From Mesotaenium endlicherianum (Eukaryota), in assembly GCA_009602735.1 (NCBI GenBank), contig WELA01002985.1, positions 447,527 to 511,526 of the forward strand: a stretch of DNA of 64,000 bases. Direction: 5' to 3'. Every line of letters begins with the position of its first letter. Positions within the stretch are counted from its first letter, which is position 1. The translations under genes were made by a program, and so were the position numbers. The notes beneath the pieces are model-generated. The model searched no databases. It had not been told where the DNA came from and saw only the letters and a list, made by a program, of their open reading frames with translations. Positions 13,601-27,300 of the stretch are shown piece by piece.

Positions 13601-16600
13601 GAACTGAATGACGCCCGCCGCTGCCGCTCGCCCACCCGCCCCCTCGCCTCCTCCATTCGCCTGCCCGTGCATGCGTGCGTGCCCGCAGGAGAGCGACTGG
13701 GAGCGCGCGTTTGCGCTGCACGACTGGATCACGGAGACGTACGGGTGCCGGCCGACGGTGTACTCGTACAACCTGCTGATGAAGGCGGCATGCCGCGCCA
13801 AGAGGTGGCGGCTGGCGGAGGGGCTGCTGGTGGAGATGGAGTCGCGGCGCTGCCCGCCCGACAAGTACACCTTCAGGTGCCGCCCCTTCTTCTTCCTCCT
13901 CTTCTCTTCTTCCCCGCCCCTCCCCCCCACCCCTCCACCCAGNCTGACGCCATGGAATCCTCCTCGTGCTCCACTGCCGCCCACCCAGCCCCCTCCCGCT
14001 CTCCCCCCGCACTTCCCTGCTTCTCCTCGTCCCCCGGTCTTTTGGCCTGTTGCTTGTTACGTCTCACGTGCATGCGCGAGTGCTCTGCGTATGTGCGTCT
14101 GCGCATGTGCGTGTGTGAGAGAGAGAGAGAGAGGGACAACCAGGGGAAGGGTTCTTGGGGTTTTGCGTGCTGCATATACACACACACATGCGTACAGCCA
14201 CACAGACTGACTCACTCGCACTCATACACACACTCACATCGACACCCGCGTACGCGGCCTCACTCATGTACATGTGCTCATGTGGGTGCAGATACGCACG
14301 TGTCTCCTGTGCACGTAGAGGTCCCGGGCTTAAAATCGTTGCTGCATCTTCCGGGGGTGAAAGTATGAAGGGATTATCAGCCCTTGTCCTTGCATGCACA
14401 CCACATGTGGGCGTGTGCGCTTTCGCTGTGCAAGCAGCTCTCACCCGTTGAGGCGGGCACTTGCCAGACCGTCAGATCGGCTCTCCCGACTCGGCTGCTG
14501 ACTCACTGGTGGCAACGTGCTGCGGGGTGACACGTGGCAGCACGATGATAAGCGCCCTGGGCAAGGCCGGGAAGCGCGACGACGCGCTGCGGCTGCTGAA
14601 GCGCATGGAGTCCTCCGGATGCTCGCCAGATGTCGTCGTGTACAGCACCACCATCGACATGCTGGGCCGCGCCGGCCAGCCCCAAAAGGCTGCCTCTCTC
14701 TTCAGGTACACCTCTGCTCGCTCGCTGCCTCCCCTACTTGCCGCCGCCGCCCCCCCCNNNNNNNNNNNNNNNNNNNNNNNNNNNNNNNNNNNNNNNNNNN
14801 NNNNNNNNNNNNNNNNNNNNNNNNNNNNNNNNNNNNNNNNNNNNNNNNNNNNNNNNNNNNNNNNNNNNNNNNNNNNNNNNNNNNNNNNNNNNNNNNNNNN
14901 NNNNNNNNNNNNNNNNNNNNNNNNNNNNNNNNNNNNNNNNNNNNNNNNNNNNNNNNNNNNNNNNNNNNNNNNNNNNNNNNNNNNNNNNNNNNNNNNNNNN
15001 NNNNNNNNNNNNNNNNNNNNNNNNNNNNNNNNNNNNNNNNNNNNNNNNNNNNNNNNNNNNNNNNNNNNNNNNNNNNNNNNNNNNNNNNNNNNNNNNNNNN
15101 NNNNNNNNNNNNNNNNNNNNNNNNNNNNNNNNNNNNNNNNNNNNNNNNNNNNNNNNNNNNNNNNNNNNNNNNNNNNNNNNNNNNNNNNNNNNNNNNNNNN
15201 NNNNNNNNNNNNNNNNNNNNNNNNNNNNNNNNNNNNNNNNNNNNNNNNNNNNNNNNNNNNNNNNNNNNNNNNNNNNNNNNNNNNNNNNNNNNNNNNNNNN
15301 NNNNNNNNNNNNNNNNNNNNNNNNNNNNNNNNNNGGGGGGAGCGGAGGCGCAGCAAGATGAAGGAGGCGGGCATCCAGCCGGACGGCGTGGTGTACAATA
15401 CCATGATCAACATCCTGGGCAAGGCGGGCCAGCCGTGGGAGGCGGCGCAGCTGCTGCTGGACATGCGCGCCGCGGGCCTCTCCCCCGACACCGTCACCTA
15501 CAGCACGCTCATCAGCACCTTCGCCGAGTCCGAGAAGTACCCTGCCGCCATCCAGGTGCCCAGGCTCTCAGCCCCCTTGGCCGTCTCAACCCCAAGCCTC
15601 TGCGGCCATGCAGGCGGACAACCCTACACCCCAATCGCCAATCTCAAACCTTCAATCCCCAGCCCCCAAACCCCTCAAACCCCCAAACCCCAAATCGAAA
15701 ACCCGTCAGGCCTCAGATCTTGCGCTCCCGCCCCCGCCCAGGTAGACGGCTCCCACCAGCCCTGGAGGCCCCCCCGGTTGGGATGTCCTTAGCCCTAACT
15801 CTGGCCCTGAGTCTGTCTCGTGACAATGGGGGCTGCCCTAGCCCGTGGCCCGAGCCCTCTGGGGCTCTCCGCTCCAGCTCTAGGCCTTAGCCTTTTTGTG
15901 CCCTAGTTCCCATCCAACACCTATACTCGTCTGGCCCTGGGCCTGCCTGTGCTTGCACCCCATCTCGGGCCCCAGCTAGGCCCCTGTGATCTAACCTGAT
16001 CCCCCCCCCCCCCGAGGGCCACCCTGGACGAGGCGGCCTGCACGCGTGGACCCGCTTCTGACCCCGTCCTGCGCTGCCGGCGTTCAGGTACTTGTGTCGG
16101 GCCTGGATGTGGGGTTATGGGTGTCGCACGAGGCGTGGTGTCTTTTCTAAAACGGCACAGCTGGCGCTCCAGCAGGAGCGCGCGCGAGGTCGGGTCCGCA
16201 GCAAGCGCCTGCTGGCCGCTTGCAAGGCAGGCCCTCAACTGTTGCGCACCATCATCCCAGAAAAATTGCCAGCTGTCCCTTTCTGCATTTCCTCTCTCGT
16301 CTCTTCTTTCAGAGATTTTATTTGCTCTGGCAGAATGCTTGCCACTTAACCCGGGCCCGACCCCCTGCGGCGCTCCACACTGTGCCCCCTTCTAACACCG
16401 TTGGTATTTTCCCTGGGCCGCGACACCCGGCGGCGCGGCAGGTGTTCCAGGAGATGCTGGACGGCGCGTGCGACGTGGACCTGACGACGTGCAACATGAT
16501 GATCGACGTGTACGGCAAGGCCAAGCTCCCCAAGGAGGCGGAGCGCATCTTCTGGAACCTCCGCCTGTGCGTCGTCCAATCCCCCCCCGCAGCCCCCCCT

Positions 16601-19600
16601 TCCCTTGCCCCCCACTGCGCCCCTTGNCTCTTGTCAGCACAGCTGTGGACAGGGTGGGGGAAGCCACGGCAATCAGCAGGCGCCCCTCCTTGCTTTCAGG
16701 GCTGTTGTGCGGCTGCGATTTGCGGTGCAGGCATCGCCCGAACTTCGTTTGTCCTCTCCCCGTTCTATTAGCTTCATCGTGTCTCTTGCCCTTCTCCTCT
16801 CCTTCTCGTTCCACCCCTGGTTTTCCGGGCGTGTTTCTTTGCGCTTTCCTCTCCTTGTGCCTTGGCGGGCTTGCGAATCTTTTTTGGAGGGCTTCTCAGC
16901 GATGGGTGCAGAACGCCTCGGTCCGCCACTTCACATGCACTCTCCCCCTTACGCACGCACACACTCCCAGATGCCCGCATCGCGCATTTCTGAACCTGGG
17001 AGGGGCCGGGCTCACCTCCGCTCACCGCCTTGAGTCTCACCACGTGCATATCCGCATCGGAGCTCAGATTGGGACACCGAGCTGCCATTTACTCCCCGCT
17101 CCCCTGCTGGCATCCCCCTCCCCCCTCCCCCCTTCGCCCTTCGCGTCCCCCCCTTGCCCCGCTCTGTGTCTCGGGAGAGTTGCGCGCCTCGCTCTCTCGT
17201 GCTTGCTCCCGCGTCCGCCGTCCCGGGGCTGTGACAGGTGACCTTGTTTTGCGACTCACAGAACGTCTGCTTTGCATCCGTCTTCTGACGACACGTACGC
17301 CTGTGTGTCCTCGATTTATCGGATACCATGTGCGGGCGGGCGGACGGGCGGGCAGGTGGGACTTGCTGCCAAGCGTGGTGACGTACAACACCATGATCCG
17401 CGTGTACGGCGAGGCCGGCATGCTGGGCCAGGCCAAGGAGGTCTTCGCGCGCATGCCCGTGCGTGATCCCCTGCCACCTGGCTCCTTGCCACCTGTCGTC
17501 AGCCCCCCGACACCTGTTCTTGCTTCTTGTACCCGCCTGCGACCTCCTGCCGCTCCCTCGCCTGTCATCCGCCTGCCTTGTGCTGCTTCCTGGGCTGCTG
17601 CCACTTGGCCCCTTCCAGCTGGTCCTGAGTGGAGATATTTGAAGTAACACGAGACAGGCGTGAGGCGCATTCGGCCCTACGGCATCGTCTCTCCTTCGCC
17701 TCTCCTTCTTGCTCTCAGGAGTTCTCTCCATGCGCCTACTTCCCATGTCCTGAGCATGTCCCCAGTCCCGTGCGTGTGTGTGTGTGCGCGTGTGTGCGTG
17801 TGCGTGCGTGTGCGTATGTGGGTGGGGGGGGAGCCTGCGGGGATGCAGAAGGATGCGGTGGAGAGGAACCTGGTGACGTACAACAGCATGCTCAACGTGC
17901 TCAGCACCGCCATGGACACGCACCAGGCCACTTTGCTGTTCGCCCGCATGCAGGACGTGCGCTCCCCCCCCCCCCCACCACCACCACTCTNTCCTCACCT
18001 TTTTCGTCTCCCTGCACCTGCTGGCCGGCCCTGACTGGGCTGGCTGGGCCGCTGGCTGATCGCCTGGCTGGCGGAGTGACCACCGATGCTTTCTCTGGCT
18101 GTTTCATTCTTCACCCGCGCAGGGGGGCCTGCATTCTTGCACACAATCTTTTGGAGGGTACTGGAACGGCTTGGTTACCTGGGCGTTGCCACCCCCACCG
18201 GTTGCTAAATGCTGCTTGCCTCTGAAGCAGAGAGCACCCACTCTGTTCTGCCCAGGAAGAGAATGTCAGCAGGTTCCCGTCACTGGCTGGCACGCACAGG
18301 CCCTGCTGTGGGGGGGCTACGGCACTGGAGGTGGGTGAGAGGGAGATAGGGGCAAGCAGAGTTGCCGTTACTTTTCCTCAGTATTCGGCGGCATTGTGTT
18401 TGCCCTCGCCCTCTGGTTGGTGTGAGCGCACCTGCTGCCGTGGGAGCAGTCGCACGTTGTTCCTGGGACATGTGGCGAGGCCGGGAGCTTCCGCATGCTC
18501 CACGTCGAGGGAGCACGTTGTCAGTCTGCTTTGGGGACGGAGCCTGCGATGAACGCGCCACCCAAGCTAGCACACACATGCACACATGCACACGCACATA
18601 CGCACACACGCATGCGCGCCCGTGAGCCCGTGCATGTGCTACACCCGGGTGTATGGCGGACGTACTTACATATGAACGTGTGTTTTTGGGGTTGGGAGTG
18701 GGGATGGGGGGGCTGACGCGTACCAAGGAGAACCTCGTTGTGGGGGGCGAGGGGGGTGGGGGAGTTGCCGGTGGGCGGCGGAGGCAGGTGGGGTCGTTTG
18801 CGCGCGCGCTGTTTGTGGTGCACTCGGAGTGCCTGGAGGGCGGCTACGTGGCCTCGCGCCCCTTCCGCGTTAACGCCGTGCGTCCCCCCTCCTCCCCCCT
18901 GCCTTGCCTTGCTTTGCATCGCACAGCAAGGCATCGCATCGCATCTTGCATGGCAGGGCATGGCATAGCATGGCAGGGCAGGACAGGGCAGGGCAGGGCA
19001 GGGCATTGCATCGCATGGCAAGGGATGTTATTGCATGGCAGGCCAGGGCGCAGGAGGGTGGGACGGGGCGGGGCATGGCGTGGTGTCTTGTGGCAGGGCC
19101 TGGCGTAACGCGGCGGGGGAGGCGTGGCATGGCGTGCTCTGGCATTGCCCGGAAACGGGGGCTGCTGTGGGAGGGCCTGTGATGTCCTAGCAAGGCAATG
19201 CGTGGACAGGCAAGGCGTGTTCTGGCAAGGCATGGCGCGGGATGGCGGGCATGACACGGGCATGGCAGGCGTGGGACGGGATGCCTTGTGGCCAGGTTTT
19301 AGGTCAGAATCCAGGGTAGGGTTGCGGTCAAGGTTGAGGTCACGGTTGCAATCAGAATCCAGGTTGGAGTTACTAGTGGCATGCTGTGGCGTGTTCTGAC
19401 GTGGTGTGGCGCAGTATGGCATCGCTGGTGAGAATTTCCCTCTTCTCGCGTTGCATGCGTGGCATGCGTGGCATGGCGCGCGCCTCTCCCGTACAGCTGG
19501 CATGCACGGGCATAGCACGGTGCGGCGCGGCGTGGCGTGGCGTAATGTCGTGTGGTGGGGTGCGGGGTAGCAAGCTTGGCGCGGGCACGCGGGCGGGCGG

Positions 19601-21598
19601 GCCTTGAGCTTCTTTTTCAGCTCAAGAGCGGACCTTTGCCACTCGTCGCAAGGAGAAAGGAGAGAGCGCAGCACGTGTGCTTGGCATGACAGCACGCCCG
19701 CCTGCTGCTGCTCCTTCTCTCCTCCTCTCCAGCCCCTCTGCACGCACGGCACTGCAAGCCTCGGCGGCTCTCCCCCTCTGCAGCTTTCAGCCGTTGTCTG
19801 GTATGGGGAGTTGTGGAAGCCCCGTGACCTATGAGCGGGGGGAGCGGGCCGCCCGTGGTGTCGGGGTTAAGGCTGAGGGGGGCGAGATGGCGGAGGTGGA
19901 GAGGGAGGCGAAGGTGAAGGTGGAGGCGAAGGTTTCCTGCAAGGCTTTTGGGCGCTTAGGGGGCTGAGGGCTGAGAGCTTGATCTTGGAGTCGAGGATTC
20001 AAGGGGCTGGCTGGGCTCTGGGGGCAAGCTTAGAGTTTGGGGCTTAGGCTCGCAGCTGAGGGCTCGAGGAGCTGCAGGGGCAGGGGCTTGACACGCTGAG
20101 GCAGAGGTGTGTGGACTGCGGTAGATTGTGCCAAAGGCATGTCCGCACGCACGTCTGATGCGGTGTACGATGCTCCGCACAATGTATATACCTGTTTATG
20201 TCTGGTGTTAATCACGTATGTGTCTCTCTCTCTCTATGTGTGTGTGTGTATGTGTGTGTGTGTGTGCGCACACGTGTCACATATACCTGTTTATGTCAGG
20301 TGTTAATCACGTATGTGTGTGTCTCTCTCTCTCCNTCTTCTGGGACTCGCACAAGGCGGAGGAGCTGGTGGACGCTGCGCCCTATTACAGCATGCTGGCG
20401 GCCCTGCGGCGCGCCAAGCGGTACCGCCACGTCATCGGCGTGTACGACGCGCTGCGCCAGCGGGGCTTCCTGCCGGACTCCGCGAGCGTGCGCCACGTGC
20501 TGACGGCGTACGCGTGTGAGGGCTGGCTGGAGCAGGCGGCCGGCACCTACCACACCCTCATTGCCGACGGTACCTCCGCCGCTACCGCCCCTGTCCCTGC
20601 CTCTGCTATCTGTGCTGCTGCCGCTGTTGTTGCCTCTGCTGCCGCCGCTGCTGTTGCTGTTGCTGCGGCGACTGCCACTGCCGCTGCTGCTGCTGCCGCC
20701 GCTGCTGCTGGCAGTGGGGGACGGCTGTCCTCCTGCCACCCTTGCTCGTTCTTCTACCTCTTTGTAGTGAACACGGCTTGCAGAAGTGCTCTGTACTTCG
20801 GTATATCGGTACCAGGGTGCCTACTGTTGCCTCTAGCAATTGCTATACCCCATGTCAGTCATCAGAGTTGATAAGGTCCCTGCTCTCACTCAAATTGCCA
20901 TCACCACGAGGAGTATGCCGGGGAAGCTGCTGCTTGTCTCTGCTGTTCCCTTCCTCGCTGCTCATTATTTGAGGGGGGGAAGAAGAGGGGGGGGGGCTAT
21001 GCTTTGTGGCCGAGCATCTGGGAGTCAGCGCCTTGCTGGAATAGGCTTGCCTGGAAAGAGTAGAGCACACAGGGGCCCCGGGGGACCCGCAAGGTTGCTG
21101 ACTTTGATATGCTTGCATGAATGAGTGCGCAACATACGCATATAATTTTGTCCATGCATGTGTAGGTAGAAGTTGCACATACATGCATGTACTGACATGC
21201 GGTTGCGTATGTATATGGATTTTGTGCATAGTTTTATTGGTGAATTTCTGCAGATACATACGTACTGCGTTATCATCAAGGCTGTATCTTCTGGCATCGA
21301 ATTTCAAATGTGGAAACAGGAAATGCCATCAACGAGTCCATACGATTTGCGCGCATGCATGTGGCGTGACAACGCAGGTGTCCCGCTGGACAGCGAGGTG
21401 CACGCGAAGATGATGCGCATCTACGCGGGCGCGGGCCAGCTGGAAGACGCGCAGCGCGTGGTGGAGGACCTCAAGCAACGCGGGGGCGTGCCCAGCAAGG
21501 CCTGCTACTGGACCCTCATCCGCCTGCTGGAGAGGGGCGGCCACCTGGAGGACGGCGCCGCCTACTTCCAGGAGATGAAGTCTCTCCCCGGCTACTGA
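10647..21598 (+). CDS. PDM3: P-class pentatricopeptide repeat protein, plastid-targeted, At5g39980/PDM3-like (internal exons missing in gaps)
   Basis: Exons ~10647-11044, 11889-11988 (duplicate 13053-13152), 13689-13876, 14541-14705, 15354-15555, 16442-16566, 17356-17458, 17849-17956, (20336)-20569, 21378-21598. PPR motifs (PDVVVYSTTIDMLGRAG, PDTVTYSTLI, DLTTCNMMIDVYGK, VVTYNTMIRVYGEA) and ESDWERAFALHDW / DSEVHAKM are colinear with the recalled At5g39980 sequence. Start codon uncertain (10647 or 10659). Confidence 0.85.
11288..13614. repeat. Exact tandem duplication 11288-12450 = 12452-13614 around single N (probable assembly artefact)
   Basis: Identical at offset 1164; it duplicates a 100-bp exon, and including both copies would frameshift the PPR gene. 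Confidence 0.9.
18788..18877 (+). CDS. Orphan exon of a type-II 3-dehydroquinate synthase homolog (aroB-II/At3g28760-like)
   Basis: AG/GT-bounded 90-bp exon encoding VGSFARALFVVHSECLEGGYVASRPFRVNA, matching the conserved family motif VGSFARGLFLVHSECLE...SRPFRVNAG; lies between single Ns at 17991 and 20335. Confidence 0.8.
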
Positions 21599-21702
21599 GA
21601 GCGAGAGAGAGCAAGCGAGAGAGAGCGAGAGAGAGGGAGAGAGTGCGTGCACAAGCTCTGCCAGTCAGGCTGGCGCAACCAAACTGTTGGGGGCAGGAGC
21701 AC

Positions 21703-21752
<50 letters not shown>
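21596..21752. repeat. (GA)n microsatellite tracts in PPR 3' region
   Basis: Pure (AG)n at about 21705-21751 and degenerate GA repeats at 21596-21643. Confidence 0.9.
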
Positions 21753-21755
<3 letters not shown>

Positions 21756-24700
21756 ACAAGAAGGGCCTGGGCAGAGAGATGTGCTGATGGGGGTGAAAGG
21801 TGATGTACAGAGAGAGAGGTTGCTGGGGCGCGAGACGCAAGGCGACACTCAGCCTGCACGACGGCCCTGTGGGATGTGCAGAGGGAGTGGTTATCAGACC
21901 AACACGTCGGGTCGCACTTTGCGACGCTTCTTGCGGCAGGTAGTTTTCCTTGCAGAAAAGCTAGGAGATAAAAGAGGGAGAAGGGGTAACATTTGCCCCG
22001 GTTGGGCTCCCCCCCGTGAAATGCTTACAAGAAGGGGGCGAGCCCGGGGGTGGAGGGGGGGGAGGTAGTTGAAAAAGAGAAGAGAGGGAAAAGTGGTGTC
22101 ATGGTTGCCACTCGTGACTTTCACAGGAAGCAGCTCACTCTGCAGAGAGTCATCGTTATGAAGATGTATTTTAATGAAAGGGAGTGCAGGCTGTTTGAAG
22201 AGGGGGTGCCCTTACACAGACGCTGGGCGTCCCTTTGCTCGAGGCGTGCTGAACCTGAAGGTGAGAGTTTTGAAAGTTCACTAGCTCTGGGTCATCGCGG
22301 AGCATGAACGAGCCGGGGGTGCCCGCGCCCCGCACAGCACCGTCCTCATGGCTGCGCCACCGGGTGGCTCACAATGGCCTTTGGTGTCTCCCGCGGCGGG
22401 CACCTGGCATACTCTCTGGTAAGCCCGTGCTATCCTCTCTTTGTTTTTCGTACATTGTTCTTTCAGTTCAGATATGGAGTTAATTATTCGACTCTAACTT
22501 TTTGCCCGTGTTTGTACCCCTCTGCAACGCTGTTGCAGGGCAGCTCGCCACTGCCAGCTCACACTGCACGGCTGACTCTGACCGTGTTTCTCTTGCAGGC
22601 TGACAGGCCTTGGCCAAGTGGTGCGGCTCCAGGAACTCGCTCCCCTGCATTTATTATATGCGTGCATACTCTAACATTGTTGTAGGCTAGCTCCTTAGTC
22701 TTATTAAGTATCATCGGGTGCAGGCTCGAGCAGCCTCGTTCATCCAGCTGTGTTTGTGAGCAAATTCATGATGTCTGATTCTGTCAGCAGTAACTTGGGG
22801 GCTCCCTCTATTTAGTGGCACCCTCGCTGGAAGTGCAGTACGGAGAGCATGAACTTCGTATAGGTGGATGTTTGATCGCTAGCATGACATCTGTGACCTC
22901 AGCACCGCCCCATCTAGCTGCAAGTTCACCAAATTGCGATCACTAGTTTGTTTGTTTGGCCTCTCAACGCTTTATTTGAAAGTCGTGAACTTAAGGTGAG
23001 ATGCAACCATGTGCTGTCTCACTCGGTGGGGCCCCTCGACACCCTATATGCCATATGCTCGTAAAGTGGGTCAATGTCACGGCAGAAGAGGAAGGGGCTG
23101 GGCAGCTTACGCTGTGGTCAAGTTTAAGAAGCACACGCGGAAAATGGAGCTTGAGATTTATTGGAGGTTCTTATACGTGGGTCAACAACAATATACGTCA
23201 GAAGCGCTAGCAATTGGCGAAGGCTGGTGCCTTCTTGTGAGCCCATATGTTGGCGGATTGATTGAAAGGAATGGATGTTAAAGCTGAATTGGTTCTTAAG
23301 AGTTGATACCAAAGTGCTAGCATGTGCAGTTCTACCGTGTGTTTGTTTGCATGGAGACTATTTGAGGGGAAGTGGACAAAAGGACATGCACGATTGCACA
23401 AATTTGTCATCTAAAATCATGTGACTCATTTTAACTTCATTTTATTACCAATGTGAACTCACTTAGTTCTACAAGAGAAACAAAACTTTTGAATTGGTAT
23501 GCACAAATTTTCGACTGGGTATATAGTTCTTGATTGTTGCGTTGAGCCCAGAAGTGAGCAGGGCTGGATTCCCAGCTTTTATGATTGCGGATTGGTTTTT
23601 TCAGGGGCTCTATATGGCCTTTAAAAGGCCACGTGTACGACTAGCATGAGCGCTTAATATGTGATCGGAAAACTGTCCGAATTGTTCCGGTCAAAGGCTT
23701 TTTTGTGTGGATGTTTACATCGCCCTAGAAGCATAAGAACATTTCCTTTTGCACCAGGCCTGTTCTCAGTATCCTGTCATTTGGTATTATTAAAATGCAT
23801 TCGACACCATCATAGCTTGCTGAGAAAGGTGTACTGGAAGGCAGAACATATGTTGCCTGTATTACTGATGTTGAATCAAGCAGAACTTGGGAAAAGTCTT
23901 CTTAGTGCCATCTGATATTGGTCGTCACTTTCCAGTTGCAAAGTTCCATCAGTTGCAAGCATGGCGCATCTGTAGCTTACAAGCCTAGTAAAAGTAATGA
24001 CTACACATTGCCCACATGCGGCCAACGCACTTCAAGTCTACACGTATTACTTCAAAAAGATGAATGACGACACGTCCTAACTAATTAGTACGGGAGGTGT
24101 GTATGGGTAGTTCTGCGATCAAGGCTATCGCATACAACATCTATTGAGGTCGTCCTATACCAGCCTCGTCATTTCCTTTCAGCTTTAGCAACGTACCTAA
24201 AGCAAGAAAGACTAGGCTCATCTACTTGCACGCTACACCTGCTGCCTTTGCCTGCGTTATACAGAACTCTGATATATATGGAGGAACACAATAATTTTGA
24301 TGTCCAATGGCGCAAGAAGCTAACATTGCGATAAACGAAGTGCTTTGTGTATGAGAGTTGAGCGGATGCTTATGAACGACGTCTGCAAGGAAATCAATTG
24401 CCATGCGCCAAATTTGCCCGCTTGATGACTCACAAGCAATCATGACAATGTTCTTAGCGGAAAGCGTCATAACATGGTAACCTCCACGCTTCAAGGTCAG
24501 AGTAGCAAGCCTTGAGGACATGTACAAGGGGCCGCTTGGAGTCACATACACCCATGCCCACGTCCCTTCTGCACTGACTGTTTAACAACAAGCACGCCAG
24601 CTATCTTTCACACCGTACAGACGCGGCTCCCAAAAGTGTACAGAAGAAGCTTTCAAAAGCGAATGCTCTCAAATTTCAAACGCTAGCAGACGTCTATTAG

Positions 24701-25591
24701 TATCATTCTTCTGAGAGTGCTAATTCCTGCTCTTTGTCCTAAAATCCAAGTAATAGATGAGGCTATACATATAATAGCACAGGATTGTCCCCTGGGCATT
24801 TCATGGAAGCTCTCAAGGCCCTCAGGCAGCTCAAAGGGGTCCAGGTTCCAAGGAAAGAGCGCCCAGTTCACCAGCCCAGCTCCACAAATGACCCACTTGC
24901 TAAGCCACTGCCAGTACCAACAGGCACCTGCTGAGATTCTAATAGTGACAGTCTCAGCAGCAGATGTATAGAAACCTGCAGCAACAATCCTCCCGTGCCA
25001 AGAAGCCCTTTGCCTGGCGAATGAATACAGAACTGCCAGCTGGAGCGTGCCTCAAGGCTTTCAACATAGCCTCTTCCCTCTAAGACATCTGTCCTCCACG
25101 CCGCAAGGTGGGGGCTCAAAGGAGAGCATGCTGGAGAAGGCGCCGAGGATGTGGAGCATCCATGGCTGCGACTCAGCCTCCGCAGACGTCTGCTGCAGAG
25201 CCTATGAGCTCTATTTTTTACACACCTAACTATACATCGCTGCTGGCAAACAGTTGTGCAAGGCCCACGAAACCCTGGCACAGGCGCAATCAGCCCGCCT
25301 GCAACTGCAATGATCCTTTCCATCCCCTCAAACTCACCTGACCCCGAGACACCTGGCCGCTGCTAGTGCGCCCGGCAATGATGAGCATGTGCCAAGCTGA
25401 GCCCCGACCTGCACCTCAAAGACCAGCATCTGGGAAGGGGGGGGGTGGTTCAGCATCGAAGAGTATGGCTGCCGCTGTGTGGCTCTCCCGTTTCTGTCTC
25501 CCATGCCCCACTGCGCCACGGTCCCTCCGCTGCTGGCGCTGCTGCTGCTGCTGCTATTGCTGAGCGCAGGGACAAGGACCAGAGAGGGCAG

Positions 25592-27300
25592 CTAGACGGA
25601 GGGTATGTTGGCAAAGGAGAAGCCCTTGTAGCCCTTGTAGGCGTAGTAGGCGATGCGCGTCTCGTAGAAGCCCGGCATGAAGAGCAGCGCCCCCAGGATG
25701 AAGATGCCAATGCCTGCTCCGCCCTCGACACGGGGGAAGGGAAAGGAGGGTGGCCGGAGAAAAGAGACCACGAGATGAGAACAGGGGGTGAGGCATGCAG
25801 AGAAGGATGCGTAAGGGATGCAGGAAGAGGCAGGGAGCAAACGCATGGCTTGCAGGGCGACCCCGAGGATGCGTGGACGTGTTAGGCAAGAGTCTCCTGG
25901 ATCAACAGGCGTTTCGTTGTTCCCCAGACTTACATGTGAGTGGACTGACGATAGAAGCAAGCGGGCCGAGAACATCAATACGCCTTGCAATTGAGGCAGT
26001 CCAAGCAGTCCAAACTGTTCTCCTGGGTCTTTGCAAGAGATACGAGGTAGGTTGAGGGGATGAAGTTTTGGGGATGGCACATATCGGCATGTGTCAGGAA
26101 TAGTTCTGCACTTCTTCTCAGGTCCCTGATCACTACTTCCAGCATGTGAGCATTTGCCGAGTAGAAGAAGGCGCCTCACAGCAAGTCTGGTGCTCTCAAT
26201 CACACGGAATTTGCGAGCTCCTTCGACACGTGTGGTCGCAGAGGCCTTCATCGTTCCACCAGGTGTCCCACAAGCCTACTCAGCATAACTTAGGCAAGCT
26301 GGCAGCACAGCTGATAGCTTCCGGAGGAGGGAATAGTGTCCACCATAGTAAACATGGGCTAAGATGCAGACAGAATAGTTCAGGCTGGTCCAGGCAAGCC
26401 ATTATGAGCGTACAAGCCTAGAGTCCAACCCTAGAGAACAAGTGGCAGTGCCGAGTAGAGACATCCATGAGACATCACAACGACTTACTAACACCTCTGT
26501 GTCACTCAGTCTCACGAGCTCGGCGCATGGTGGACCCATTCTGTCTCTGCATTCTATCTCTGCGTTACAGCGCGTGCAAGCTCCTCCCACTGTTAGAAGC
26601 AACTTCAGTGTCAAGTCTTCTACCTGCCCGACGATAGCAAGCTCCCAAAGTATAGACCCCTAGTTTGCTCCCAGATTACAAGACCTCTACTCATACACTC
26701 CGCAGTGGAATCTAATTATTAAAAACGGCTTATGAAACAGTGGGACGATTCGAACTTTGCACTACTGCATCTTCATATCAATGAGTGCAAATACACATGA
26801 CGTAAAGGTAGAGTTGAGGTCTAGGTCTTCAAGAACATCCAGTAGACAGCCTACAACATGCCTCCGTCCTTGGCTTGTTCACTAAGTAAAATTGTGGCTT
26901 CTCATGGCGGTGCATTCACTCCAGGTGTACCCTTACAATTTGAGGAATATAGGGCGTCAGTCAGAGCAAGTTTAGCCAGAGGTCAGCTTTAAAGACTTTT
27001 GACATGAATGATGAAAAAAAACAATATGACGAGCCAAGACCTCAGGATATCACATGTCCTTCGAGAAGGGCCAGGCAAGGGGCTAGTTCTACTGACGTGG
27101 TGTGGCACTAGTTACTGACCATGTCCGCTGTCGCCACCCACATTATTGTATATCATATATATTCCACCGATGATGCCCGCAGCGCCAAATGCCAAGAGTG
27201 TCAAAGCAAGGGAAATTTCTTTAATGGGAGGCTTATTATGTATGATAATCTCCCCGTTATAATCCTCTGAAATAGAGAAAGTTCTGTCAACGTACGCCAT
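25592..27300 (-). CDS. TMEM230: TMEM230/DUF872 small membrane protein
   Basis: Exons 27300-27120 (MAYVDRTFSISED...KPPIKEISLALTLLAFG...VGGDSGH) and 25713-25592 (GIGIFILGALLFMPGFYETRIAYYAYKGYKGFSFANIPSV*); phase-1 GT-AG intron; near-identical to plant DUF872 C-terminus as recalled. Confidence 0.9.

Noticed and set aside
11288..13614. Mutually exclusive duplicated PPR exon
   Set aside because: Identical copies joined by one N; assembly artefact
14461..15890. Long ORFs of 340-460 aa
   Set aside because: Length is inflated by N runs; real coding parts are the PPR exons
22000..25500. Short ORFs between the PPR and TMEM230 genes
   Set aside because: No recognisable motifs or exon-like codon bias; treated as UTR/intergenic
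27008..27095. Box C/D snoRNA (ATGATGA...CTGA)
   Set aside because: Antisense to the host intron, no convincing terminal stem or recognisable rRNA guide
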